Notes: generated by a model from the sequence alone, not told the origin. A stretch of 26,037 nucleotides of DNA from a virus (IMGVR_UViG_3300009008_000217:1-26037); one strand, 5' to 3'; counted from the stretch's first letter, positions 19,108-24,925 are shown. Made by a program: numbers and translations.

Positions 19108-19791
19108 TTACACCATAGAAGCACTATGTTCCGTTAGATTAACGCCAAGTTCTGTTAGATGTTCTAAATTTCCTAGCTCATACCAAGGTTGGTAAGCATA
19201 ACGACAGTGATCTCCAAATACCCATAAACGATATACTTTACCGTGTTCTGGGTGGGTCTCATAAAGTCCGTCACTATTAAAGTGTTCGAACTTCTTTTCA
19301 GTCGCTACATGCCCAACCACTTGAGCCATTGTATTATATCTAGCAGACCAGCAGATTTCATCTTTTGCATAGTCCTCTTTTAGAGCACCATCTGGGATCA
19401 TTTCTGGATTGAAATAATCGGTAGCTTTAGAACGCAGAGGCACATTATACTTACGAAGTATGCCTTTGATAAAGCCAGTTGAGCGATAGTTCTGCTTAGA
19501 AAGTTCAGTAATAGATTCTCCCTTAAGATAGTCTACAAGGATACCTTGTAGCTCCATAGGAGTAGCAGAAGTTCCACGCTTCTTGGCTTTTATCCTCTTT
19601 ATCTGTGCTTTTCGTTCCTCATGCTGTTCCAGAATTTTAGCAAGACGAGTTGTGTTGTAACTAATGTTGAGAATCTTACAAGCTTCCTTCTTAGTGATAG
19701 GATCACTTGCGTTCAATAAGGCTGTTACTTTATCCAGATTCTCATCGTCTAGTAACTCGCCTTCTTTAGTCTTAACACCTCGTGATGCCAT
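19108..19791 (-). CDS. D2: T5 D2-like protein
   Basis: TKKEAC.IL, KKRGT, YL.GES...LS..NYRS and YRLW...YEL..LEHL.ELGV recall T5 D2. Confidence 0.82.
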   Translation of the reverse strand: MASRGVKTKEGELLDDENLDKVTALLNASDPITKKEACKILNISYNTTRLAKILEQHEERKAQIKRIKAKKRGTSATPMELQGILVDYLKGESITELSKQNYRSTGFIKGILRKYNVPLRSKATDYFNPEMIPDGALKEDYAKDEICWSARYNTMAQVVGHVATEKKFEHFNSDGLYETHPEHGKVYRLWVFGDHCRYAYQPWYELGNLEHLTELGVNLTEHSASMV

Positions 19792-20150
19792 TAATCGTCC
19801 TTAGTAATTTGTGAAACTACATTGAAAAAGTACAGAGCTGCCTTACCAGTCATCTTCTCGATAATGTCAGAGTCTACTTCAACTCCAGCATCAGTCAAAG
19901 CTCCAGTAAGTTTTTCGATCTGCTCTGCCTTGCTAACTCTAGCAGGCTTATCACCTGAAGAACTAGACTTTGCTGCAGGAGCTTTCTTTACATAAACTCC
20001 AGCTTTTGTCAGAATCATACGAACACCATTTGGAGTCTGCTCATACTCTTCAGCAAGCTCCTTTACGATATCCATACTATTTTCGGGAGTAGGCTCACGA
20101 GCCTCATACTCACCAACTACTTCTGCTTTCAATTCATCTGTCCAAGCCAT
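19791..20150 (-). CDS. D3: T5 D3-like DNA-binding protein
   Basis: WTDEL, SMDIVKE.AEE..QTPNGVRM.LTKAGVY.KK and IIEKMTGKAA recall T5 D3; AGGA RBS. Confidence 0.88.
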   Translation of the reverse strand: MAWTDELKAEVVGEYEAREPTPENSMDIVKELAEEYEQTPNGVRMILTKAGVYVKKAPAAKSSSSGDKPARVSKAEQIEKLTGALTDAGVEVDSDIIEKMTGKAALYFFNVVSQITKDD

Positions 20151-20211
20151 TTTGCGTCCTTTTAGTTGTTATAAAAAATTTTCTTCGTGATTTCTCAATT
20201 TCACAAGACAT

Positions 20212-20240
20212 ATTATACTAAAGTTTTACCATTTTGTCAA
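20212..20240 (-). promoter_or_regulatory. Sigma70 consensus promoter P3
   Basis: TTGACA (20240-20235), 17 nt spacer, TATAAT (20217-20212), preceded by AAAAAATAATTC. Confidence 0.9.
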
Positions 20241-20260
20241 GAATTATTTTTTCAAAGGTT

Positions 20261-20320
20261 AACCCCTGACCAGTCCGCCATATATGCATTAGCATCGAGG
20301 GCGGCACTATGGTAAGGGTT
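20261..20320 (-). other. Long imperfect intergenic stem-loop (possible structured RNA or processing site)
   Basis: Nested pairings on the minus strand: AACCCTT/AGGGGTT, ACCA/TGGT, CCGCC/GGCGG, ATGC-TAAT-GCAT; GC-rich relative to flanks; no U tract directly after. Confidence 0.45.
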
Positions 20321-20333
20321 GAAATAATTTTTG

Positions 20334-20489
20334 TTACCATTGATGTATTGCGTTCGCTATAATAGCCACCATTGCTATCATTTCCATCGCATACCAAAAT
20401 AGTCTAAAATAGCAACACCTGTCTGCTATGTCTTTATCTTCGTGGCATTTACCACCAAAAGTTTTACATAAAAGTATTACCCAATTCAT
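20334..20489 (-). CDS. Small membrane protein (~51 aa)
   Basis: Start moved to MNWVILL (20489) because the longer start runs through a terminator; C-terminal hydrophobic helix; RBS weak. Confidence 0.55.
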   Translation of the reverse strand: MNWVILLCKTFGGKCHEDKDIADRCCYFRLFWYAMEMIAMVAIIANAIHQW

Positions 20490-20503
20490 AATTTTTCTCA
20501 AGG

Positions 20504-20529
20504 AAAAAAGAGGAGGCTTTCGCCTCCTC
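20504..20529 (-). terminator. Intrinsic terminator
   Basis: Minus strand GAGGAGGC-GAAA-GCCTCCTC followed by T6. Confidence 0.9.
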
Positions 20530-20533
20530 AACA

Positions 20534-20746
20534 TCAATCTATGACTGATTCATAGTTCGCTAATCTTTTCCGATAATCGTCATGTTTTTTCTTTAATTCA
20601 TAATACGCATCAGCATTTACTCTTGCTCCCTCTAAAAAAGCATTTAGAACTTTTAAGGATGTGTTCCCCATACTTGTTCGCATATTAGGGTTCATATCAA
20701 ATAAGCTCAGTAGAGCATTTACTAAACTTTCTTTTTCGGGTGTCAT
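20534..20746 (-). CDS. Hypothetical protein
   Basis: 70 aa ORF 3 nt after the upstream stop, ending just before a terminator. Confidence 0.65.
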   Translation of the reverse strand: MTPEKESLVNALLSLFDMNPNMRTSMGNTSLKVLNAFLEGARVNADAYYELKKKHDDYRKRLANYESVID

Positions 20747-20749
20747 TCT

Positions 20750-21031
20750 CTATAGTTCCTCGGTAATGATTTTTCCCATCTTCTCAGGGCTAAAGTTACG
20801 ATAATAAGTACCATAACCTTTTTCTTTTAGCCACTGAGTTCTGTGCTCTAGAGCTTCTTTAATTAAGTCGTCAAACCTAGAAACTCCATACACTACTTCT
20901 GCTACCTCTTCATCTTCAAGTTCTGAAATATCTAACCCAAAATAATTCTTAGTTGGAGTAGTAAGTGCTATGAACTCTCTATGTGAGGTATCATTTGAAT
21001 TTTTACGATAGTCAAACTGCATTATTTTCAT
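20750..21031 (-). CDS. Hypothetical protein
   Basis: 93 aa ORF directly downstream of promoter P4 with AAGGA RBS; F.Y.K...S.R...YRNF pattern is loosely SH3/WYL-like. Confidence 0.7.
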   Translation of the reverse strand: MKIMQFDYRKNSNDTSHREFIALTTPTKNYFGLDISELEDEEVAEVVYGVSRFDDLIKEALEHRTQWLKEKGYGTYYRNFSPEKMGKIITEEL

Positions 21032-21063
21032 TATATTTTTCCTTTTTCGATTTTATAATGTAT

Positions 21064-21092
21064 ATTATACAGAAATTTTACCAAGTTGTCAA
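21064..21092 (-). promoter_or_regulatory. Sigma70 consensus promoter P4
   Basis: TTGACA (21092-21087), 17 nt spacer, TATAAT (21069-21064), preceded by AAAAAATAATTC. Confidence 0.9.
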
Positions 21093-21103
21093 GAATTATT
21101 TTT

Positions 21104-21313
21104 TCAGTCCTCAACCTCTTCGGTTACAGATGAAGTAATTTCGCGTGTTAAATCTCTTAGCGCTGCTTCAACTTTCGCTACTTCTAGTCTTAACTCGTTA
21201 AGTTCTGAAGACCATGATCTATAAATTCCTACTAAACTTCTTTGCTCGTCTGTCAACTCATCTATAGTGTATTCTTTGTCTTCGATTGTAATTACATTTT
21301 TTTCTTCACTCAT
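21104..21313 (-). CDS. Small acidic coiled-coil protein (DUF6447-like)
   Basis: ITIEDKEY.IDELTDEQR followed by a coiled coil; AGGAG RBS; ATGA overlap with the upstream gene. Confidence 0.65.
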   Translation of the reverse strand: MSEEKNVITIEDKEYTIDELTDEQRSLVGIYRSWSSELNELRLEVAKVEAALRDLTREITSSVTEEVED

Positions 21314-21579
21314 TTTTGTTTTCTCCTTTCTGCTAATGATTTACCTAGTGTAGCAACAAAGATATATTGCTTACTAGGTATAAGTAATGGTATTATTAAA
21401 ACGGGTATCACTAAAGCGGATAGTAATACCCATATAATTGCTGTAAGTATAGGATTAGTTGAACAAACACAACAAGGGTTTAGTTCTAAAGCTATTTGTT
21501 TAGCTGGACTAAATAATGCTAAATAGGAAGTTATACCTCCTGATATTGCAAATATTAAGTACCAAGTGTACCAATTCAA
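21310..21579 (-). CDS. Hypothetical membrane protein (two hydrophobic segments)
   Basis: TTG start 10 nt after AGGAGG; first gene after P5; hydrophobic segments at ~4-24 and ~44-66. Confidence 0.7.
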   Translation of the reverse strand: MNWYTWYLIFAISGGITSYLALFSPAKQIALELNPCCVCSTNPILTAIIWVLLSALVIPVLIIPLLIPSKQYIFVATLGKSLAERRKQK

Positions 21580-21628
21580 AACACTCTAACCTCCTTCGCT
21601 AATCTAAAAATTTGTCAAATATGCGTAT

Positions 21629-21657
21629 ATTATACTAGAAATAACCTAATTTGTCAA
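21629..21657 (-). promoter_or_regulatory. Sigma70 consensus promoter P5
   Basis: TTGACA (21657-21652), 17 nt spacer, TATAAT (21634-21629), A-rich upstream. Confidence 0.9.
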
Positions 21658-21742
21658 GAAATATTTTTTATATACTCATATGTAATATTTGGAACCTATA
21701 CTGTGATGGTAATAGGCGCAACCTTGAGAAAATTTGGACAAT

Positions 21743-21765
21743 AAAAAACCCGCACAAGGCGGGTT
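21743..21765 (-). terminator. Intrinsic terminator after porin
   Basis: Minus strand AACCCGC-CTTGT-GCGGGTT followed by TTTT. Confidence 0.88.
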
Positions 21766-21785
21766 CTCACTACATAGGGTTGAGC

Positions 21786-22625
21786 TTAGAATTTAACGCG
21801 GAAACCTAAAGTAGTTGTATCAGATTCTACACCAGCATCAGTCTCTGAAGTCTGATAATTGATATAAGCTGAAGTCTGCTTAGAGAAGTCATGAATTCCC
21901 TCTACAGTATAAGTTTCCTTAGTATTTTCTACATCTTGGAAACCACTTTTCAAAGTGTTTGAACCAGCTGAGACCGCAGCTACGACTGTAGCAGTATCCA
22001 CCTCTACGCCAGCAGCACTTTCTTCAGTTTCAAGCGTTCCGCCCAAAGCTACTCCATTGTAGTTTGTTGTAGCACCTAAAATAGTATTCTTAACATCTGC
22101 AGAAGTTTCTGCATATGCGCCTACTAAATTAATAGCACCTAAATCAAGTGTAGCACCTAATTCATAAGAATCATCCCCAGCAGAAGGAATAGTAGATCCT
22201 AGTACTGTGATATTACCTAAATTGACCTTACCAGTAGCGGCATTATCAATGTTAGATGCATTATTAACATCAAAACTTGGACCTTCAAAGATATCAATTG
22301 TAGTATCCCCTACAAAACCTTGAACAGATGCTTGCTTACCTAAAGCAACCTGACCTGCTGTATTAGCGATACCTGCGTAAGACTTACGCTCTGTTACTGA
22401 ACTATCGATATCTACTGATAATTCACCAATAGCTGAATAGCCATTACCTAAATCTTCATTAATTGTGTAACCTAAATATGTATCTTCAGTGTCTAAAACT
22501 TCGGCACTGTTGTTCCAAGTTTTCTCTACAGATCCGAAAAATCCTGCTTCTGCATCATTTGCTCCACAGCCTACTAAACCTAATGTAGTAGCTACTAAAC
22601 CTGCTGTAATTAACTTTTTATTCAT
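21786..22625 (-). CDS. Gram-negative general porin-like outer-membrane beta-barrel
   Basis: Signal peptide; EDLGNGYSAIG and RKSYAGI...GQVALGKQ match the general-porin N-terminal pattern; alternating beta strands; FSKQTSAY and terminal LGFRVKF (BAM signal Phe); AGGAG RBS. Confidence 0.88.
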   Translation of the reverse strand: MNKKLITAGLVATTLGLVGCGANDAEAGFFGSVEKTWNNSAEVLDTEDTYLGYTINEDLGNGYSAIGELSVDIDSSVTERKSYAGIANTAGQVALGKQASVQGFVGDTTIDIFEGPSFDVNNASNIDNAATGKVNLGNITVLGSTIPSAGDDSYELGATLDLGAINLVGAYAETSADVKNTILGATTNYNGVALGGTLETEESAAGVEVDTATVVAAVSAGSNTLKSGFQDVENTKETYTVEGIHDFSKQTSAYINYQTSETDAGVESDTTTLGFRVKF

Positions 22626-22672
22626 TTTTACTCCTAATAAAATTATATTAATTTGTCATTTTCGACTCGTAT

Positions 22673-22701
22673 ATTATACACGAAAATAACCTCGATGTCA
22701 A
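22673..22701 (-). promoter_or_regulatory. Sigma70 consensus promoter P6 (porin)
   Basis: TTGACA (22701-22696), 17 nt spacer ending in TG, TATAAT (22678-22673). Confidence 0.9.
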
Positions 22702-22707
22702 GAACTT

Positions 22708-22753
22708 TTTGTTGTAAAAGTGCAAATAATTTGTTGCATTTTCGCAACAAATT
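22708..22753. promoter_or_regulatory. Tandem palindromic operator-like sites TGTTGC-N6-GCAACA upstream of porin promoter
   Basis: Perfect AATTTGTTGC-ATTTTC-GCAACAAATT at 22728-22753; degenerate TTTGTTGT-AAAAGT-GCAAATAA at 22708-22729; centres 22 bp apart. Confidence 0.6.
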
Positions 22754-22760
22754 CGACAAT

Positions 22761-22785
22761 AAAAAACCCCTCCCAAAAGAGGGGC
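22761..22785 (-). terminator. Intrinsic terminator closing the exported-protein cassette
   Basis: Minus strand GCCCCTC-TTTTGG-GAGGGGT followed by TTTTT. Confidence 0.85.
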
Positions 22786-22807
22786 TAAACTACTCATCCT
22801 TAAGTGT

Positions 22808-22921
22808 TTAACTAAGTAGCTCCAAAACTACTACAATGAAAGTTAATAACATTGCAGCGGCAGGAGGTAGAACTAGTACACCTATGAATAACTTCTGTTT
22901 AATTGTTAAGGCTTCGTTCAT
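22808..22921 (-). CDS. Small membrane peptide, 37 aa (MNEALTIKQKLFIGVLVLPPAAAMLLTFIVVVLELLS); not in ORF track
   Basis: Translated by hand; purine-rich GGGGAAGG upstream; single hydrophobic helix; ends just before the terminator. Confidence 0.55.
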   Translation of the reverse strand: MNEALTIKQKLFIGVLVLPPAAAMLLTFIVVVLELLS

Positions 22922-23006
22922 TAGCCTTCCCCTTAGTCCATCTATATAGTCTAGGTAAAGGACAATTCATTAGCCAGATTGTGTAAATCGCTCTTAGTGT
23001 TTGCAT
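22899..23006 (-). CDS. Small basic peptide, 35 aa (MQTLRAIYTIWLMNCPLPRLYRWTKGKANERSLNN); not in ORF track
   Basis: Translated by hand; ATG overlaps the upstream stop as TAATG and the ORF bridges to the next small ORF. Confidence 0.45.
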   Translation of the reverse strand: MQTLRAIYTIWLMNCPLPRLYRWTKGKANERSLNN

Positions 23007-23227
23007 TAGTAATCCCAGTATCCGTTAGTTTCACGCCAAGCTTCCACTTCAGGATCTGCCTCTATAAGCAGTACTGGTAGAGGCTTATATAGTTCCTCAT
23101 CAAACATAAGGTAATTCTCTTCCTCAGTAAGCGGTTCTGGAACAAACCATGCACCATCATAAACATCCATCCAATTAGCTGAAGCAGATGTTACTACAAG
23201 AGCGAGTGCTAAAAATAAAGTTTTCAT
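23006..23227 (-). CDS. Small exported acidic/aromatic protein
   Basis: GGAG RBS before MKTLFLALALVVTSASA (Sec signal, ASA cleavage site); mature part rich in W/Y/D/E. Confidence 0.75.
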   Translation of the reverse strand: MKTLFLALALVVTSASANWMDVYDGAWFVPEPLTEEENYLMFDEELYKPLPVLLIEADPEVEAWRETNGYWDY

Positions 23228-23274
23228 TATATTCTCCATAATAAATTAAAGGGGGTTCCCTCCTCCTTCTTTCT

Positions 23275-23547
23275 TTATTTTTCTACAACACTAAAATTGT
23301 GTGTAGAAGCAGGATTCCAATAAGTGCCACGAGCTGTATGCACTGGATAGTCATTATCATCATCAAACTCATTAATCATATTTGTAAACTCAGTTGAGAA
23401 CCAACGAGGATCGAAATAGTCATAACCGTTAAAGGCGAAAATGCCATTATCTTCGTAACCATAGTTATCGTTGTCCCAAGGCATATCAAATGCATTTGCT
23501 GAACCTACAGTTACTAAAAGTGTTACCATTGCTAAAATTTTCTTCAT
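23275..23547 (-). CDS. Small exported aromatic/Asp/Asn-rich protein, possible sulfur-globule-associated protein
   Basis: AGGA RBS before MKKILAMVTLLVTVGSANA (Sec signal); mature FDMPWDNDNYGYEDNGIFAFNGYDYFDPRWF, Cys-free and low complexity. The ORF is solid; the function is inferred. Confidence 0.6.
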   Translation of the reverse strand: MKKILAMVTLLVTVGSANAFDMPWDNDNYGYEDNGIFAFNGYDYFDPRWFSTEFTNMINEFDDDNDYPVHTARGTYWNPASTHNFSVVEK

Positions 23548-23574
23548 AATCATTTCCTATATTTTGTTAAAAAA

Positions 23575-23907
23575 TTACTTGGCTGTGCCATAAGGGGCAA
23601 GGCCATAGTAGTGTGGAGTAGATGCAAATCGTGTATCATTTACTCCATTAAAGCGAGAATTAGTATCCCCGTCAATATCAGCGTTCATCTTAGAACTACC
23701 AGAGCCAGAAGCATTGATAGTCATAGAAAAATTACCTTCAGCATCAGCGCGTCCATAGCCTTTGCCGCGTCCGCGGCCATCGAATGCTCCATCAGTATTG
23801 TTAGCAAAGTAACCATCAGTATTGTTATCGTCACTTCCAAAGAATGCAGAAGCAGATCCAGCGAAAAGAGCCAGGGCGATAGTAGTGGTAAAAATAGTCT
23901 TAGTCAT
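23575..23907 (-). CDS. Sulfur globule protein-like (SgpA/SgpB/CV1-like) exported protein
   Basis: GAGG RBS before MTKTIFTTTIALALFAGSASA|FFG; Gly/Asp/Asn-rich and Cys-free; GRGRGKGYGR, DAEGNFSMTINASGSG and terminal PHYYGLAPYG echo the G-x-F-x-M-x-x-S-G, GRGYG and YGAPYG elements of Sgp proteins. Confidence 0.65.
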   Translation of the reverse strand: MTKTIFTTTIALALFAGSASAFFGSDDNNTDGYFANNTDGAFDGRGRGKGYGRADAEGNFSMTINASGSGSSKMNADIDGDTNSRFNGVNDTRFASTPHYYGLAPYGTAK

Positions 23908-23926
23908 TTTAAATTCCTCATAAAAG

Positions 23927-23948
23927 TATATTAGCAAATTCTAATATA
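23927..23948. promoter_or_regulatory. Palindromic operator TATATTAG-N6-CTAATATA
   Basis: Perfect 8-bp inverted repeat with 6-nt spacer, immediately upstream of the RBS of the sgp-like gene. Confidence 0.65.
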
Positions 23949-23956
23949 GTTGTGTC

Positions 23957-23987
23957 AAAAAATAGGAGGGTTTTTACGACCTCCTAT
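23957..23987 (-). terminator. Terminator-like hairpin between P7 and the sgp-like gene
   Basis: Minus strand ATAGGAGG-TCGTAAAAAC-CCTCCTAT followed by TTTTT. Confidence 0.7.
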
Positions 23988-24024
23988 AAAAATAAAATTT
24001 GGAAATTTCCCAAAATCTGAATAT

Positions 24025-24053
24025 ATTATATCAAATTTTTACCGATTTGTCAA
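24025..24053 (-). promoter_or_regulatory. Sigma70 consensus promoter P7
   Basis: TTGACA (24053-24048), 17 nt spacer, TATAAT (24030-24025). Confidence 0.88.
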
Positions 24054-24058
24054 GACAT

Positions 24059-24080
24059 TATTTAAGGAAACGCTAATATA
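24059..24080. promoter_or_regulatory. Second, degenerate copy of the TATATTAG-N6-CTAATATA operator
   Basis: TATTTAAG-GAAACG-CTAATATA; one arm perfect, the other 6/8; same spacer length; CTAATATAGTT is shared exactly with 23941-23951. Confidence 0.55.
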
Positions 24081-24113
24081 GTTTTATTGCGACAAGGTCT
24101 GTGATCAAAAAAC

Positions 24114-24578
24114 TTATAGCTCTGCATCACGCTTTCTATGACCTCTCCATGCAATAAATCCTCCAAGTCTAAGAGCATAATATGCGATGTAGTTAATAAG
24201 TTTGAACCCATTAATTTCAATAGCAATATCTCTAAATAACTTATCGAAATATTTTTGATTATTAACTTCTGTAGCTACACCATTATACATCTTCAATTTA
24301 GCATGTTTGTAACCATAATCATGGACTAACCCTGCAATTAATAATACTCCCATTGGAGATAGCCAACTTCTAAAGTATTTAGGAACTGAAGCTCCATCAA
24401 ATACAAATCCTGCAGGAACTTTATATTGTGTTCCATCAATATTGTAAACCCAATCTTCTACTAACTTCCATTTTCTAGTTGTTAGAATCCATAAAATAAT
24501 AGCCCCAAAAAATCCTTTATCTTTAGTAGGGATAGGTAAAGGCATCATTGCAGGCATTTTATCATAAGTAAATTTCAT
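24114..24578 (-). CDS. DUF1353 family protein
   Basis: VPAGFVFDGASVP...LVHDYGY...D.LF...Y.ALRLGG..AW is the DUF1353 pattern; AGGAG RBS. Confidence 0.85.
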   Translation of the reverse strand: MKFTYDKMPAMMPLPIPTKDKGFFGAIILWILTTRKWKLVEDWVYNIDGTQYKVPAGFVFDGASVPKYFRSWLSPMGVLLIAGLVHDYGYKHAKLKMYNGVATEVNNQKYFDKLFRDIAIEINGFKLINYIAYYALRLGGFIAWRGHRKRDAEL

Positions 24579-24586
24579 TTATACTC

Positions 24587-24925
24587 CTATATCTTTTTAC
24601 TACTAGAAATTATTTTTCCTAGTTTTAACATACCAATACGGTCATTTGGAACATACCTCCAAATATAACCTCTTTCTGGGTCATCACACCCAAAGACACT
24701 AGTAGTTAAGCCTATTTTAACTATAACTGCTTTGTGTCCATCTAGCATAACTTTGTCCCCTTCTTTAAAGGGACCAAAATATTTAAAGGATATTCCATTA
24801 GCAATATCCCCTGCTATATCTTTTACTAGTAACCCTACAATTACTACTGTCATCATAGCAATAAATGGGGTTATTAATTCTCCAATTTGTAAGGAAAATG
24901 TACTTACATCTAATGCTTCTTTCAT
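24587..24925 (-). CDS. Minimal MscS-like (mechanosensitive channel) domain protein
   Basis: Hydrophobic helix, then KDIAGDIANG and PFKEGDKV.LDG.KA.IVKIGL...VPND, matching MscS TM3 plus the middle beta domain. Confidence 0.75.
   Translation of the reverse strand: MKEALDVSTFSLQIGELITPFIAMMTVVIVGLLVKDIAGDIANGISFKYFGPFKEGDKVMLDGHKAVIVKIGLTTSVFGCDDPERGYIWRYVPNDRIGMLKLGKIISSSKKI

Noticed and set aside
21590-21618. Extra TTGACA at 21618-21613
   Set aside because: The position where a -10 should be is the AGGAGG RBS, so this is not a promoter.
21671-21730. Weak hairpin (CCTA-T-TAC...GTA-TAGG) between the porin terminator and P5; considered as tRNA or ncRNA
   Set aside because: No cloverleaf or TTC T-loop motif; the stem is short enough to be chance.
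23248-23277. AAGGGGG/CCTCCTT hairpin between the exported-protein genes
   Set aside because: On the coding strand the stem has an A-C mismatch and a poor U tract. It pairs better on the plus strand, where no transcript is evident, so it was not called.
9284-24053. Repeated ~40-bp elements considered as CRISPR or mobile-element repeats
   Set aside because: They are dispersed, intergenic and fully explained as sigma70 promoters; there are no regular spacers, cas genes or transposase.
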